Of a stretch of DNA of 25,237 nucleotides, positions 7,114 through 16,998 are shown piece by piece. The number at the start of each line of letters is the position of its first letter. Position 1 is the first letter of the stretch. Under the pieces are notes generated by a model, which was given only the letters and a program-made list of their open reading frames with translations, was not told the origin of the DNA and made no database searches. Position numbers and translations under genes: made by a program. Source of the DNA: a virus (taxonomy: Duplodnaviria > Caudoviricetes); the IMG/VR virus record IMGVR_UViG_3300042864_001413, positions 1 through 25,237 of that record. One strand, given 5' to 3'.

Positions 7114-9261
7114 TTAGAAGTCTAATTTGATAGCAAATACTTGAGCTCCGATTCTTTTAACCGGATACGATGGTTTTCCAACAACTAAAGGTTCTTTATT
7201 AGAATCTAATAAAGCAATTTCTGTAATCACAGGATATCCACTTGTGTAGGACGGATTTTGTGATGTACTAAATGTATTAGATGGTAGATTTACCAAGAAA
7301 TTAAGTTGTTCAACATCCGTTGCCCTTACAAATCTAATACTACCTGGAAATGGTTGTTCGTCACCAAATTGTGGTGTTGTTACGTTATAGTCGGTTGCTC
7401 CCGATGTTCCTAAATAATTAGAACTAACCCCTGACATATGATCTTCTAAATCAAAGATAGACGCAGCATCATATTGTGTTTTGGTAATTGTAAATGTTGT
7501 TCCTGTTATTTTCGACGGGTCTATAAAACCATTTGTTTTAATATCATTTGTTGTTAAATCAATTGACCTCCAATCCGAACTATTAGTTGTTGTTCCTGTT
7601 GAAACTTGAACTAAAGCATAAAATTTATCCGCAACAAATCCGTCAGTAACATCTGAAAATGAAGTTTTTAAAGTATTAAAAGAAGTGTTTCCACTAAATT
7701 TCATTGTAACCTGTGAAGATGTTGTTGTTCCCGTAATTTTAGAATAATAATTACAAGGTAGAGCATTCATCGTCGTTCCGCTTGTGTTAGCAAAAACATA
7801 TGTAACGTAAGCGGTTTGTCCTGTTGATGTTAATAATGAATTTGCTGTTACCGCATCACTTGGAACGGTTGATATTTTTGGTGCCGGTAATGTATACTTT
7901 CTGTTAGACCTGTAATCTAATATTGCAACCAATTCTTGGTCATCAAAAACAACAATTTTATTTTTTACAAATACCTTACCCACTTTATTGTTTTGTTCAT
8001 CAACTAAAAATCTAAACAGTAATTGGTGTTTAGCGTTCTTTGTTGATTTTACATAATAGTCGGTGGTATCCATAAAGAATCTAGCACCCATAGTGGTTCC
8101 CGTATTTCTATGATAATAAATGAAAGGAATATAAATTTCAAAATATTCACTATCACTCAAATCTCTTAAATCATTTTCTCTATCGTAATCTTCTACAATG
8201 GATATATCAGAACTTGTGATTCCTGTTTTGTGACTTATATAATCATCGTACTTATAAAATCTTTCGGTGTCATATCTTAAATCACCTAATTCAGAATAAT
8301 GAATAATCGCAATACATCTTTGTTCTGATGGTGTTACTTCTATTAATTCATCAAACGAATTTTTATATGTTGTTCCTGTAATTGTAATACCGCTTGTTGA
8401 TAATCCATTAAAAGGAACGAATGTTTGTCCTGTCGATGTATATCCTAATAACTCTTTTGTTGAAACATATTGATTACCTTCATATCCTGCCAATGTTTCA
8501 TCTATTCCATTATAATCTGCTCCGATTGGTTTTTGTGTCCAAACGGTATTCATTGTCCATGAATTTAATTGTTGTGTTTGATTAATTGGTTCCAACATGT
8601 AACCATTAACATCATATATATCTAATTCAATTGGGTATTCTTGTTCACAATTATTACAAACAACTTGAACGTTACCACTTAGTGTTGAAAGGTTGATTAC
8701 ATTTCTATCTAAGTTTAATGTGTTACCACTAACACTAAGAACTTTATAAACTAAACTATTTGTTTTACCTGTAATAACATTGTTTGTTCCAAACGTATCA
8801 AATACTAAAGTAATAAATTCACAATTTTGAAAGGTGCTACCGGTTAATACGTCTAAACCTGTTGATCCACTTAATTTTGTGTAGGATATTGTTTGTGTTT
8901 TACATTCAACACTTGGGGTTCCTCCACTATAATTTGTAACAAATCCAGCAGGTCCCATTTCATTTCTTATCGGTGTTGGTTCATTGTTTGGATTTAAAAC
9001 AGGTACACCATATGTTGTTGTATTTGTTGATGAGTCTAATTTAATAGGATATTTTATGCCACTTTCTTTATCAAAAGGTGACATTACTTTTTGATGTGTT
9101 GTCTGACCTGTTAATGTTGAAAACGCAGTGGTATAATCAAATTCAGAATCTCCAATTTGAAAATATTCTATATTGAAACTACCTTTAGCTATGGCATTTC
9201 TACCCTTTTGGGTTATCCTTGCGGATAAGAATTCTGAATTATTATTGTTTAAAAAACTCAT
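7114..9261 (-). CDS. Putative baseplate/tail structural protein
   Basis: 715 aa, T/S/N/G-rich. N-terminal ITQKGRNAIA...FQIGD and C-terminal ITEIALLDSNKEPLVVGK resemble the two ends of tail-collar (DUF3751-like) domains. Confidence 0.6.
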   Translation of the reverse strand: MSFLNNNNSEFLSARITQKGRNAIAKGSFNIEYFQIGDSEFDYTTAFSTLTGQTTHQKVMSPFDKESGIKYPIKLDSSTNTTTYGVPVLNPNNEPTPIRNEMGPAGFVTNYSGGTPSVECKTQTISYTKLSGSTGLDVLTGSTFQNCEFITLVFDTFGTNNVITGKTNSLVYKVLSVSGNTLNLDRNVINLSTLSGNVQVVCNNCEQEYPIELDIYDVNGYMLEPINQTQQLNSWTMNTVWTQKPIGADYNGIDETLAGYEGNQYVSTKELLGYTSTGQTFVPFNGLSTSGITITGTTYKNSFDELIEVTPSEQRCIAIIHYSELGDLRYDTERFYKYDDYISHKTGITSSDISIVEDYDRENDLRDLSDSEYFEIYIPFIYYHRNTGTTMGARFFMDTTDYYVKSTKNAKHQLLFRFLVDEQNNKVGKVFVKNKIVVFDDQELVAILDYRSNRKYTLPAPKISTVPSDAVTANSLLTSTGQTAYVTYVFANTSGTTMNALPCNYYSKITGTTTSSQVTMKFSGNTSFNTLKTSFSDVTDGFVADKFYALVQVSTGTTTNSSDWRSIDLTTNDIKTNGFIDPSKITGTTFTITKTQYDAASIFDLEDHMSGVSSNYLGTSGATDYNVTTPQFGDEQPFPGSIRFVRATDVEQLNFLVNLPSNTFSTSQNPSYTSGYPVITEIALLDSNKEPLVVGKPSYPVKRIGAQVFAIKLDF

Positions 9262-9265
9262 ATGT

Positions 9266-9273
9266 TATAAATA
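9266..9273 (-). promoter_or_regulatory. TATTTATA upstream motif (putative late promoter)
   Basis: Lies 4 nt upstream of the ATG at 9261; recurs before other structural genes. Confidence 0.55.
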
Positions 9274-9292
9274 TCTTTCTTTATTTTTATTA

Positions 9293-10465
9293 TTAGTTAA
9301 GTAAACACACCGGCGCAGTTGTACAAGAACCACCCATACTCCATGAGAATGACCCACCGCTCACCTCAATTCCACCTTGTACAAATACCGGTGTTGAGTA
9401 TGAACCACTTGATGCCACGCAAATCGCGGTAGTATATGTATCATTCTGATTATCAATATATGATATTGAATTGATTAAAGTTGGAGACCCAACCTCACCA
9501 GTTTGGTTATCTCTGTATCTTACATACAAATCATTTGGTAATGTATTATCGTAAGTTAATGTCCAACACACGCCAGATACCTCCTCTTCAGTTGGTGTTG
9601 GAGTAGGAGTTGGTGTTGGAGTAGGGGTTGGTGTAACACACATGGAATAACCTTGTGTTAATACTTCATAAAATTCAATATTAATTGTTCTTGTTTCAGG
9701 TTGGCAACCATACTGACCACATTCAACAGTTGTGGATGTTGTTATATTAATATCATTGGATAAAGCACCTGCGGTTATTGTTATTTCATATTCTTCGTCT
9801 TGTTGTCCACCAAAACAAGGATTTGTAGTACCAGAAAAACGCACCGTTACATTAACAGAGGCTATTGCATTTAATGTGGCGGTAACTGTTGTGGTTGTAA
9901 CATTGTATGGACCTTGACCTCCACAATTTATTTGAGTGTTGGTATCTAATTGACTAAGAGTTACACAACCACCAACTATTTGTGTAGGGGTTGGAGTTGG
10001 GGTAGGGGTTTGTGTTGGTGTGGGAGTTGGTGTAGGAGTTGCAGTATTTACAACCGCAGTAGGTGTTGGTGTAGGAGTTGCAGTATTTACAACCGCAGTA
10101 GGTGTTGGTGTTGGGGTATTTTCAACTGCAGTAGGAGTAGGGGTTGGTGTTGCCGTAGGTGTAGGTGTAGGAGTTGCTGTTGGTATAGGGGTTGGTCTAT
10201 TATTTAAAGGAATAACCAAAGTTTTACCAATTTCACAAAGTTGTCCGTTACCATTCTCGTTACCATCATTAACATTTGTTGTAACTAATTTTACTGAATT
10301 TGTATTATCAGGTACATCAACATAAGTTGGAAACGACGCTCTTGCCACATTTGTTGCGACGGTTGTACATCCAACTGAACCGTTTACATCGGAACAGGCT
10401 TGTATGTTGACGTTTAATATCGACAACCCAATTGTAACCCCACTTATTCTAACTGAAAATGACAT
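9293..10465 (-). CDS. Pro-Thr linker, Cys-containing modular protein (putative fibre/appendage)
   Basis: 390 aa: N-terminal module, (TP)n linker, Cys-bracketed beta-rich module, second (TP)n linker and terminal module. Confidence 0.75.
   Translation of the reverse strand: MSFSVRISGVTIGLSILNVNIQACSDVNGSVGCTTVATNVARASFPTYVDVPDNTNSVKLVTTNVNDGNENGNGQLCEIGKTLVIPLNNRPTPIPTATPTPTPTATPTPTPTAVENTPTPTPTAVVNTATPTPTPTAVVNTATPTPTPTPTQTPTPTPTPTQIVGGCVTLSQLDTNTQINCGGQGPYNVTTTTVTATLNAIASVNVTVRFSGTTNPCFGGQQDEEYEITITAGALSNDINITTSTTVECGQYGCQPETRTINIEFYEVLTQGYSMCVTPTPTPTPTPTPTPTEEEVSGVCWTLTYDNTLPNDLYVRYRDNQTGEVGSPTLINSISYIDNQNDTYTTAICVASSGSYSTPVFVQGGIEVSGGSFSWSMGGSCTTAPVCLLN
10026..10103. repeat. Perfect 39-nt tandem duplication inside the Pro-Thr tract (9984-10196)
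   Basis: gttggtgtaggagttgcagtatttacaaccgcagtaggt occurs twice in tandem and encodes the [13 protein letters not shown] unit. Confidence 0.9.
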
Positions 10466-10469
10466 ATCC

Positions 10470-10477
10470 TATAAATA
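10470..10477 (-). promoter_or_regulatory. TATTTATA upstream motif
   Basis: Lies 4 nt upstream of the ATG at 10465, just downstream of a terminator. Confidence 0.55.
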
Positions 10478-10493
10478 CTGTTAGATATAAATT

Positions 10494-10525
10494 AAATAAA
10501 AAACCCCTCATAATAAAGGGGTTTT
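10494..10525 (-). terminator. Intrinsic terminator, possibly bidirectional
   Basis: AAAACCCCT-8 nt-AGGGGTTTT followed by TTATTT on the minus strand, downstream of the 205 aa gene. Confidence 0.8.
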
Positions 10526-10550
10526 AAAATTGTATAATTTTTAAATTTAA

Positions 10551-11168
10551 TTATTGAGCATATACCTGACAAGTATCATCATAAGTAACTGTAACTACGG
10601 TTCCTGATGAAGTTGTAAATGTACCACCATTTAATATAGAACCATATGTTAATAATGTAATTTGATTGGCCGGATTAATGTAAGTGATACCTCCCCATCC
10701 TTGAACTTCTGCGTCGTGATTTACGTTAGTGATACCAGCCTCGATTAAAACCGGACTTTGTATTGTTGCAGTGTCTTCCGCCACCTGACCACAACCCACA
10801 GTTGTATGACCATCAACATTTGCTATGGTTATTGTTATATCATCAGCTAAGGCTTCACTTAATTCAAAATAGTAATATCCGGCCTCGAACATATAACTTA
10901 ATGTTGCCGTTTCAGGTACTAATCCCGTGTATAATTCATCGATGCTCCATGTATCACTCGTATTACATGTAGCACCCGTACTTGTAACGGTACCACCAGT
11001 TATGTTATTAGCAACTTCTTCGGTATAACCGTCTATTAATTGTTGTTTCGTTACACCGGCCTGTATTTCTACAGTGTTGGCGGCACCACCCGATGTTGTT
11101 CCTGATATGTTAAAAGGACCGGCTGCGGTATTTGCTGATGCTTCTGTTAGATAAAATGTTACTTGCAT
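10551..11168 (-). CDS. Putative virion structural protein (acidic, T/G-rich)
   Basis: 205 aa, flanked by its own TATTTATA motif and terminator; the N-terminal module resembles those of both neighbours. Confidence 0.75.
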   Translation of the reverse strand: MQVTFYLTEASANTAAGPFNISGTTSGGAANTVEIQAGVTKQQLIDGYTEEVANNITGGTVTSTGATCNTSDTWSIDELYTGLVPETATLSYMFEAGYYYFELSEALADDITITIANVDGHTTVGCGQVAEDTATIQSPVLIEAGITNVNHDAEVQGWGGITYINPANQITLLTYGSILNGGTFTTSSGTVVTVTYDDTCQVYAQ

Positions 11169-11184
11169 GTTTTCTTTTTTTTAT

Positions 11185-11192
11185 TATAAATA
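11185..11192 (-). promoter_or_regulatory. TATTTATA upstream motif
   Basis: Lies 16 nt upstream of the ATG at 11168, with an A-rich leader. Confidence 0.55.
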
Positions 11193-11239
11193 TCTGTTTA
11201 TTTTAAAATTTATTTATTACGTTATTAAATCTTTTATTT

Positions 11240-13195
11240 TTATGTAAAACACGCCAATCCACAACTTGTAAATGAACCATAATCTGTTGTAAGTTTATAA
11301 GCAATACCTGATGAAGCAGGACCTAAAATTCTATATGAATTACCATCAGGTCCCGATTCTGAAATGTAGAATCTATTATTAATTACTGAACTACCCGCAT
11401 CAAACGCAACTAATATAGTTTCAGTTGACCTTCCACAATCACTACAAGAATACACATCCGCCTCGTAATAATCGTACGATGTTGTTACAGGTGTTGGGGT
11501 TGGAGTTGCATTCGGATCACATGTTGGGAATCCAGGGTCATAGGTATAGAATTGACAACCATACCCACCATCATAATATCCTGAACCCGGTATTGGGGTC
11601 GGAGTCGGTGTTGGGGTTGCTGTTGGTGTTGGTGTGTTATTATTACAACTTTGACATGATTGACTTCTTGTTGCACTATTACCTGTCATGTGGAATATTT
11701 GTAAATAATCCCCACTATATGATAACCAATATGTTGTTGTACCTAAAGCGTTAAAACTATCACTTGTAAACGTAGTTGACGAACAGAACGTTGAGTTATT
11801 ACCCGTCACCGTAATATTAGTTCCTCCATCACAAGCCAAGTAACCCGATGGTTGTGATGTGTGTAATCTAACACTGAACGTAGGTAATGGTGTCGGAGTC
11901 GGTGTTGGAGTTGCAGTCGGTGTTGGGGTTGGGACATAACAATTCACTGTTCTTTGTACCACACCATAATTACTATCACCGTCATATAATGTTACATAAT
12001 AAATTCCGTCGGACACATTATCCCATTGATAGAAGTAATCCCCATTTAAATCAATTAACGTACCCGTTTGTGGTGCATTACCAAGTCGTATTTGTGTATA
12101 ATTTCCGTCACCACCAGTAAATGCATTTGCAACTAATCTACCAGTTAATCCGTTTGTTCCCGGACATGTTGCTGATAATGTAAATGAAACCGCCGGTACT
12201 GCCGTTGGCGTAGGGGTAGGGGTTGGCGTTGCTGTCGGTGTAGGTGTTGCAGTCGGTGTAGGTGTTGGGGTAGCCGTTGGTGTTGGTGTAGGTGTTGCAG
12301 TCGGTGTAGGTGTTGGTGTAGGTGTTGCAGTCGGTGTAGGTGTTGGGGTAGCCGTTGGTGTTGGAGTTGGTGTATTGGTAACAATAACCACCTCAACATC
12401 GAAATTACAATCCAATGGTGTTGCAGTCGGTGTTGGGGTTGGTGTAGGAGTATTTGTTACTACAATTACCTCCACATCGAAATTACAATCAGGTGTTGGG
12501 GTTGGGGTTGGCGTCGGTGTAGGTGTTGCTGTCGGTGTAGGTGTTGGGGTAGCCGTTGGTGTTGGAGTTGGTGTTGGGGTTGCTGTCGGTGTAGGTGTTG
12601 GGGTTGGTGTAGGAGTATTTGTTACTACAATTACCTCCACATCGAAATTACAATCAGGTGTTGGGGTTGGTGTAGGGGTTGGGGTATTGGTAACGATAAC
12701 CACTTCAACATCAAAGTTACAGTCTGGTGTTGGAGTTGGTGTTGGGGTAGGTGTGTTCGTTACAACTATTACCTCAACATCGAAGTTGCAGTCAGGAGTT
12801 GGTGTAGGAGTTGGGGTTGGGGTATTAGTTACTACAATAACCTGTATATCAAAATAACAATCCGGTGTGGATGTTGGTGTTGGACTTGGTGTTGGAGTTG
12901 GTGTTGGGGTAAATTGTGGTACTTCTAATGATTTTATTCTTATATCATTTTCTACACCAACAGAACAAAAATTACCCGCAGCATCATAAAGATAAATTCT
13001 TTCTGTGTCATCAGGTATTTCAACTAAAACTCCACTTCCCGTTGTTAATTGGGTATATGTTAATCCTGTTGCGACTAATGTACTACCCTGAGGGTCAAAT
13101 AATAATGCAAGGTTTCCCGCAGGTGGTAACGTAGAATATATACTATATATACTATTTGAAATTCCCACATCAATCCTTACATAAAAATATCTCAT
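11240..13195 (-). CDS. Pro-Thr repeat modular protein with an SprB-like domain (putative fibre/adhesin)
   Basis: 651 aa: six C-x-F-D-[VI]-[EQ]-V units with TP spacers, an SprB-like segment (FTGGDGNY...[16 protein letters not shown]) and further Cys-bracketed modules separated by TP linkers. Confidence 0.75.
   Translation of the reverse strand: MRYFYVRIDVGISNSIYSIYSTLPPAGNLALLFDPQGSTLVATGLTYTQLTTGSGVLVEIPDDTERIYLYDAAGNFCSVGVENDIRIKSLEVPQFTPTPTPTPSPTPTSTPDCYFDIQVIVVTNTPTPTPTPTPDCNFDVEVIVVTNTPTPTPTPTPDCNFDVEVVIVTNTPTPTPTPTPDCNFDVEVIVVTNTPTPTPTPTPTATPTPTPTPTATPTPTPTATPTPTPTPTPTPDCNFDVEVIVVTNTPTPTPTPTATPLDCNFDVEVVIVTNTPTPTPTATPTPTPTATPTPTPTPTATPTPTPTATPTPTPTATPTPTATPTPTPTPTAVPAVSFTLSATCPGTNGLTGRLVANAFTGGDGNYTQIRLGNAPQTGTLIDLNGDYFYQWDNVSDGIYYVTLYDGDSNYGVVQRTVNCYVPTPTPTATPTPTPTPLPTFSVRLHTSQPSGYLACDGGTNITVTGNNSTFCSSTTFTSDSFNALGTTTYWLSYSGDYLQIFHMTGNSATRSQSCQSCNNNTPTPTATPTPTPTPIPGSGYYDGGYGCQFYTYDPGFPTCDPNATPTPTPVTTSYDYYEADVYSCSDCGRSTETILVAFDAGSSVINNRFYISESGPDGNSYRILGPASSGIAYKLTTDYGSFTSCGLACFT
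12200..12910 (-). repeat. Coding repeat array: 6 x DC[NY]FD[VI][EQ]VxxVTN-(TP)n
   Basis: Visible in the translation; includes a 77-nt exact duplication starting at 12429 and 12594. Confidence 0.95.
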
Positions 13196-13207
13196 TTACT
13201 ATACCTA

Positions 13208-13423
13208 TTAGGAATTTTGTTTTATCCAATCATAACACTCGTTTATTGTGTGAAAAACTTCACTATTATAACTATTTTCATCATCAAATATGCAAACCAT
13301 ATAATCCTCGGATTCTGCAGCTTTGAAAATGCAATATTTTTTATTATTGATGTTTTGTATTTCAATATTATTAGCCACATCAATTGTGTTATATAGTATA
13401 TTAGTCATTTCTTTTAGTTCCAT
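13208..13423 (-). CDS. Small hypothetical protein
   Basis: 71 aa; exactly fills the gap and is coupled to the upstream gene by TAAtATG. Confidence 0.7.
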   Translation of the reverse strand: MELKEMTNILYNTIDVANNIEIQNINNKKYCIFKAAESEDYMVCIFDDENSYNSEVFHTINECYDWIKQNS

Positions 13424-13424
13424 A

Positions 13425-16400
13425 TTATACTGATGGTGTTGTTGTGTCGTTATTATTAAATGTACCTGTATTTGTTGTTAAATTGTAGGTTAAAGTTGCA
13501 ACTCTTTGTCCTGAAGTAGTATTATCTTTTGAGAATAATGTTATTACTTTAGATACTGAACTAATATCGTATTTAGATGTAAACGTTGTGTTTGTAAATA
13601 CAAAGTTAGATGGTCCACCCATTGCTCCACCTTTATATAATGTTGCGGCAACATTTACAGGGTTAGTCCCTATCGAAGTAAACCAAAAGGCCCTTAAATC
13701 TAACACAATGGTATTTTCATTTGGGTAAACTTGTTTAAATCTAGTTAAATCAATTAAAACAGATTCATAACCAGTTCCCATATTATCACCACCCCATTTA
13801 ATAATTGGTGCTCCTGATAATGGCCATTGACCTGCCGTACCCCAACCGAGATATGATGCTTGATATGTTTGTCCAATGTTAGGTAACACAACTCTAGTTC
13901 TTGTATCCAAATCTCGGCCATTTGTAAATTGATATGTTAACGCAATATAGTCCGCATTAAAAACGAATGTGTTTTGACCTGTCGTAACCGTTCCCGATTT
14001 TGTACAATTATTTGCATCAGTTACATTAACAGTATAGACAGTGCTAGCCGATAATCCTGTGATTGTATGTGTTGCCGATGATACGTTTGTATATGTCGTA
14101 CCAGGTGATGGTGACCAATCATAAGTATATGGTGCGGTTCCACCTGACACAGTAACCGTTGCCGTTCCATTATTACCACTTGTTGGATTAGTTGATGTAA
14201 ACGATAACGTTAAATTACATGTTTGGGCGGTGGTACATGTTGTACCAGTACCAATAGTATATGTAATTTTATTTTTTGGATTTTCTGATGTTATAGAATC
14301 TAAAACTAAACTTGTAATTGGTTCATTAAAATTAACCTGACTACCAAAAGGTATAAATGTTTTTGTTTCGGAAGCCGATGATGTTGCGTTAAATGTTCCT
14401 GTTAATACATTTCCAGTTGTGTACGCTTTTACAACCATACTTACGGGATTATGTAATGCGGTGTCATTACCACCAGATTTACCAATAATATTAAAACCTC
14501 TTGTTGTACTTGTAGTTTTGTAACCACAATCCTCATTTAAATTTATTGATATTGTTTCTGATCTTTGATAATAAAATGTGTCTTTTTCTATCCAATCAAT
14601 TAATGGTCTATACCAACCCGTTGCCGCCTCACTATATGAAGTTGTTGTAAAACCTGTATATAGTTGAAAATCGTTTAGTGTGGTTGGTGTTTTTATAAAA
14701 CCTTTTTTAAGTGATGTGTTGGTATACAAACTATTTGGGTCAAACCCTTTGGTATCTTCTATCGTATTAGTGTAGGTGTCAATGGTGTTTTTATTAATTC
14801 CAGATATATACCAATTACTTGAGTAATCTAAATTTGTGGCGATTATTGGTTCGCTTGTAGTTGTGGTTGTACTATTTGAATTTTGCATCAAATAAATTCC
14901 ATCTATGGTACCATCTGTCGTGTGATAAAAAGTACGATGTACTGATGTTCCCGATATTGCATAGTAACCATTTAATACTTTTTGACATCCGTAATCGTCA
15001 TAATAAAGTTTTTTACCAACCTCAACACCTCCGGTTCTACCATCATAGAAAACCGTAACATTTGTTGGATTTGTTTCAACTTTTAACTCATGTGTAAAAT
15101 ATGAATTTAAAACTCCCACATCATATTCACTTATTGGTGTACAATATCTACCCGCATTTTGTGCGTATGTAACCAAGGAACTAAGTTTTTTTGTTGCTTT
15201 AGCGTTTGCGTCGTTTTGACTTATACAACTAAATTCACTTCCCGATGGTACGGTTAGAACCGTAGATTGTCCGGACTCTAAATCACAACAAGTGTTGTTA
15301 ACTGTTTGTGTTAATGTAGTATCATTATAATAAATTGTTCCGTTACCACAATATGGTAAAGGTTTACCACTTGTATACGAAAGAATTACTAGTTTATTAA
15401 AATTTGTTACTATCGTTGGGTCGTCCGCCTTTACTGAATATTGAAATTCGAATTTAATTGGACTATCGTTAACAATCGCGTTTGTGTATGACAATTCTTT
15501 CGATACTATTTTACCTCCAACTTGTTGATAATAATAAACCCCATCACAATAGTATCCATTATTAATAGTTGTTAATGTGATGTCCCTATAAAGAATCGTA
15601 TCATTCCCCGTAGTACTAAGTTCAATGTATGGTTTATTTGTAAAATGATGTAAAAATTTTTTACATGATTCTCTATATGTTGTTGTTCTAGATGAAAAAA
15701 TTAAAGTTAAAATAGATGCAACCAAAAGTGCTCCAAATAACCACGGTAATGCTGCATTTACAAACAAAGTTGCTTTACCTCCTAATATTAACCACTTTGG
15801 TACTAAATTACCAATTAAGTAATCAAAATAATGAGCAACTACTTGACCTATAGTTGCATATGTTGCACTTTGTATTGGTATTAACATTCCGAGACCTAAA
15901 ACAGTACCCGCAAATGTCCATTCATTTAATCTCCATTCTGTATCATAACCACTTACAACACCATATAATGTTTTAGATAATGCATGTGTTGCCCCAACAA
16001 TTGGGTTTGAGGTTTTTGTTGACATGCTATACTGTGTAAAAACACTGTCATTTGATAAAGTTTTGTTTGTTTGGTCATATCCCAAATAATAACGATATTG
16101 TTGTGGTTGTGAAAGTGTAGATGCTGTGAGTATTTCTCTTAATTTACCAACTCCCTCCATAAATGGAACTGTACATGCATCTGATGTTTGGTCATTTAAA
16201 TAAAAAAATGATCTGGGTCCGATTGTTTCTTCGTTTATTTTGGGTTTACCAAAAAGTTTTGATTTTACAGTAACTTGTTTTTGTGTTCCATATGACCTAT
16301 CAAATGGTCCTCCAACTTTATAAACCTTATCTCCATAACCATAATAATATGGTAATGCTGGATTTTCAAAATAAACACCACTCCATATTGGTGTATCTGT

Positions 16401-16970
16401 TGTCCAACTTTCAATTGGGGTTAATGAATATAATTTTGTTCTTAATTTTGATGTTACATCTATGGCGTCGTAAGGTGAGTATACGTGTAAACCGGTTTCA
16501 TATTGATATATTGGTTCTGTACAATCATAAGATAATGTTATACTTGACGTACTAGGTGCTGTGTTGTACTTACCTATCGCCATATTAATATTTAGAATGG
16601 ACGATTTATTTGTTTGATCCGCATTTACAATTACATAAAATGTTTTTGTTCCACTTGTTTTATCATTTAAAATGATGTTTTCAAGTGATATATCAAATCT
16701 CGACATTTTATATAATGAATTTTGATTTGTCGAAACTGAAACGTATCCTTTATTAGGGTCGGAAAAATTAATTGAGACGTAATCAACACTGCCACTATAA
16801 GAAACTTCAAATTTTAAATAACCATAATTTTTATTACATAATTGTAATGATTTAGTTATGTTCGCAAATTTCATATTACTAGGGAACGAACCCACATCAC
16901 TATATGTTGGTTTGTTCGATGTAAAATCTGTCGCTACAAAATTTGTTGTTACCGTGTTACTATAAGACAT
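13425..16970 (-). CDS. Large mosaic putative virion protein with hydrophobic segments and DUF5977-like and SprB-like modules
   Basis: 1181 aa. Hydrophobic stretch at ~15700-15920. YYND...TVPSGSEFSCISQNDANAKA is DUF5977-like (~15140-15335). NGTATVTVSGGTAPYTYDWS...ITGLSASTVYTVNVTDANNC is an SprB repeat (~14000-14220). Confidence 0.75.
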   Translation of the reverse strand: MSYSNTVTTNFVATDFTSNKPTYSDVGSFPSNMKFANITKSLQLCNKNYGYLKFEVSYSGSVDYVSINFSDPNKGYVSVSTNQNSLYKMSRFDISLENIILNDKTSGTKTFYVIVNADQTNKSSILNINMAIGKYNTAPSTSSITLSYDCTEPIYQYETGLHVYSPYDAIDVTSKLRTKLYSLTPIESWTTDTPIWSGVYFENPALPYYYGYGDKVYKVGGPFDRSYGTQKQVTVKSKLFGKPKINEETIGPRSFFYLNDQTSDACTVPFMEGVGKLREILTASTLSQPQQYRYYLGYDQTNKTLSNDSVFTQYSMSTKTSNPIVGATHALSKTLYGVVSGYDTEWRLNEWTFAGTVLGLGMLIPIQSATYATIGQVVAHYFDYLIGNLVPKWLILGGKATLFVNAALPWLFGALLVASILTLIFSSRTTTYRESCKKFLHHFTNKPYIELSTTGNDTILYRDITLTTINNGYYCDGVYYYQQVGGKIVSKELSYTNAIVNDSPIKFEFQYSVKADDPTIVTNFNKLVILSYTSGKPLPYCGNGTIYYNDTTLTQTVNNTCCDLESGQSTVLTVPSGSEFSCISQNDANAKATKKLSSLVTYAQNAGRYCTPISEYDVGVLNSYFTHELKVETNPTNVTVFYDGRTGGVEVGKKLYYDDYGCQKVLNGYYAISGTSVHRTFYHTTDGTIDGIYLMQNSNSTTTTTSEPIIATNLDYSSNWYISGINKNTIDTYTNTIEDTKGFDPNSLYTNTSLKKGFIKTPTTLNDFQLYTGFTTTSYSEAATGWYRPLIDWIEKDTFYYQRSETISINLNEDCGYKTTSTTRGFNIIGKSGGNDTALHNPVSMVVKAYTTGNVLTGTFNATSSASETKTFIPFGSQVNFNEPITSLVLDSITSENPKNKITYTIGTGTTCTTAQTCNLTLSFTSTNPTSGNNGTATVTVSGGTAPYTYDWSPSPGTTYTNVSSATHTITGLSASTVYTVNVTDANNCTKSGTVTTGQNTFVFNADYIALTYQFTNGRDLDTRTRVVLPNIGQTYQASYLGWGTAGQWPLSGAPIIKWGGDNMGTGYESVLIDLTRFKQVYPNENTIVLDLRAFWFTSIGTNPVNVAATLYKGGAMGGPSNFVFTNTTFTSKYDISSVSKVITLFSKDNTTSGQRVATLTYNLTTNTGTFNNNDTTTPSV

Positions 16971-16974
16971 TTAT

Positions 16975-16982
16975 TATAAATA
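16975..16982 (-). promoter_or_regulatory. TATTTATA upstream motif
   Basis: Lies 4 nt upstream of the ATG at 16970. Confidence 0.55.
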
Positions 16983-16998
16983 TTATTTTTATTTTTTA

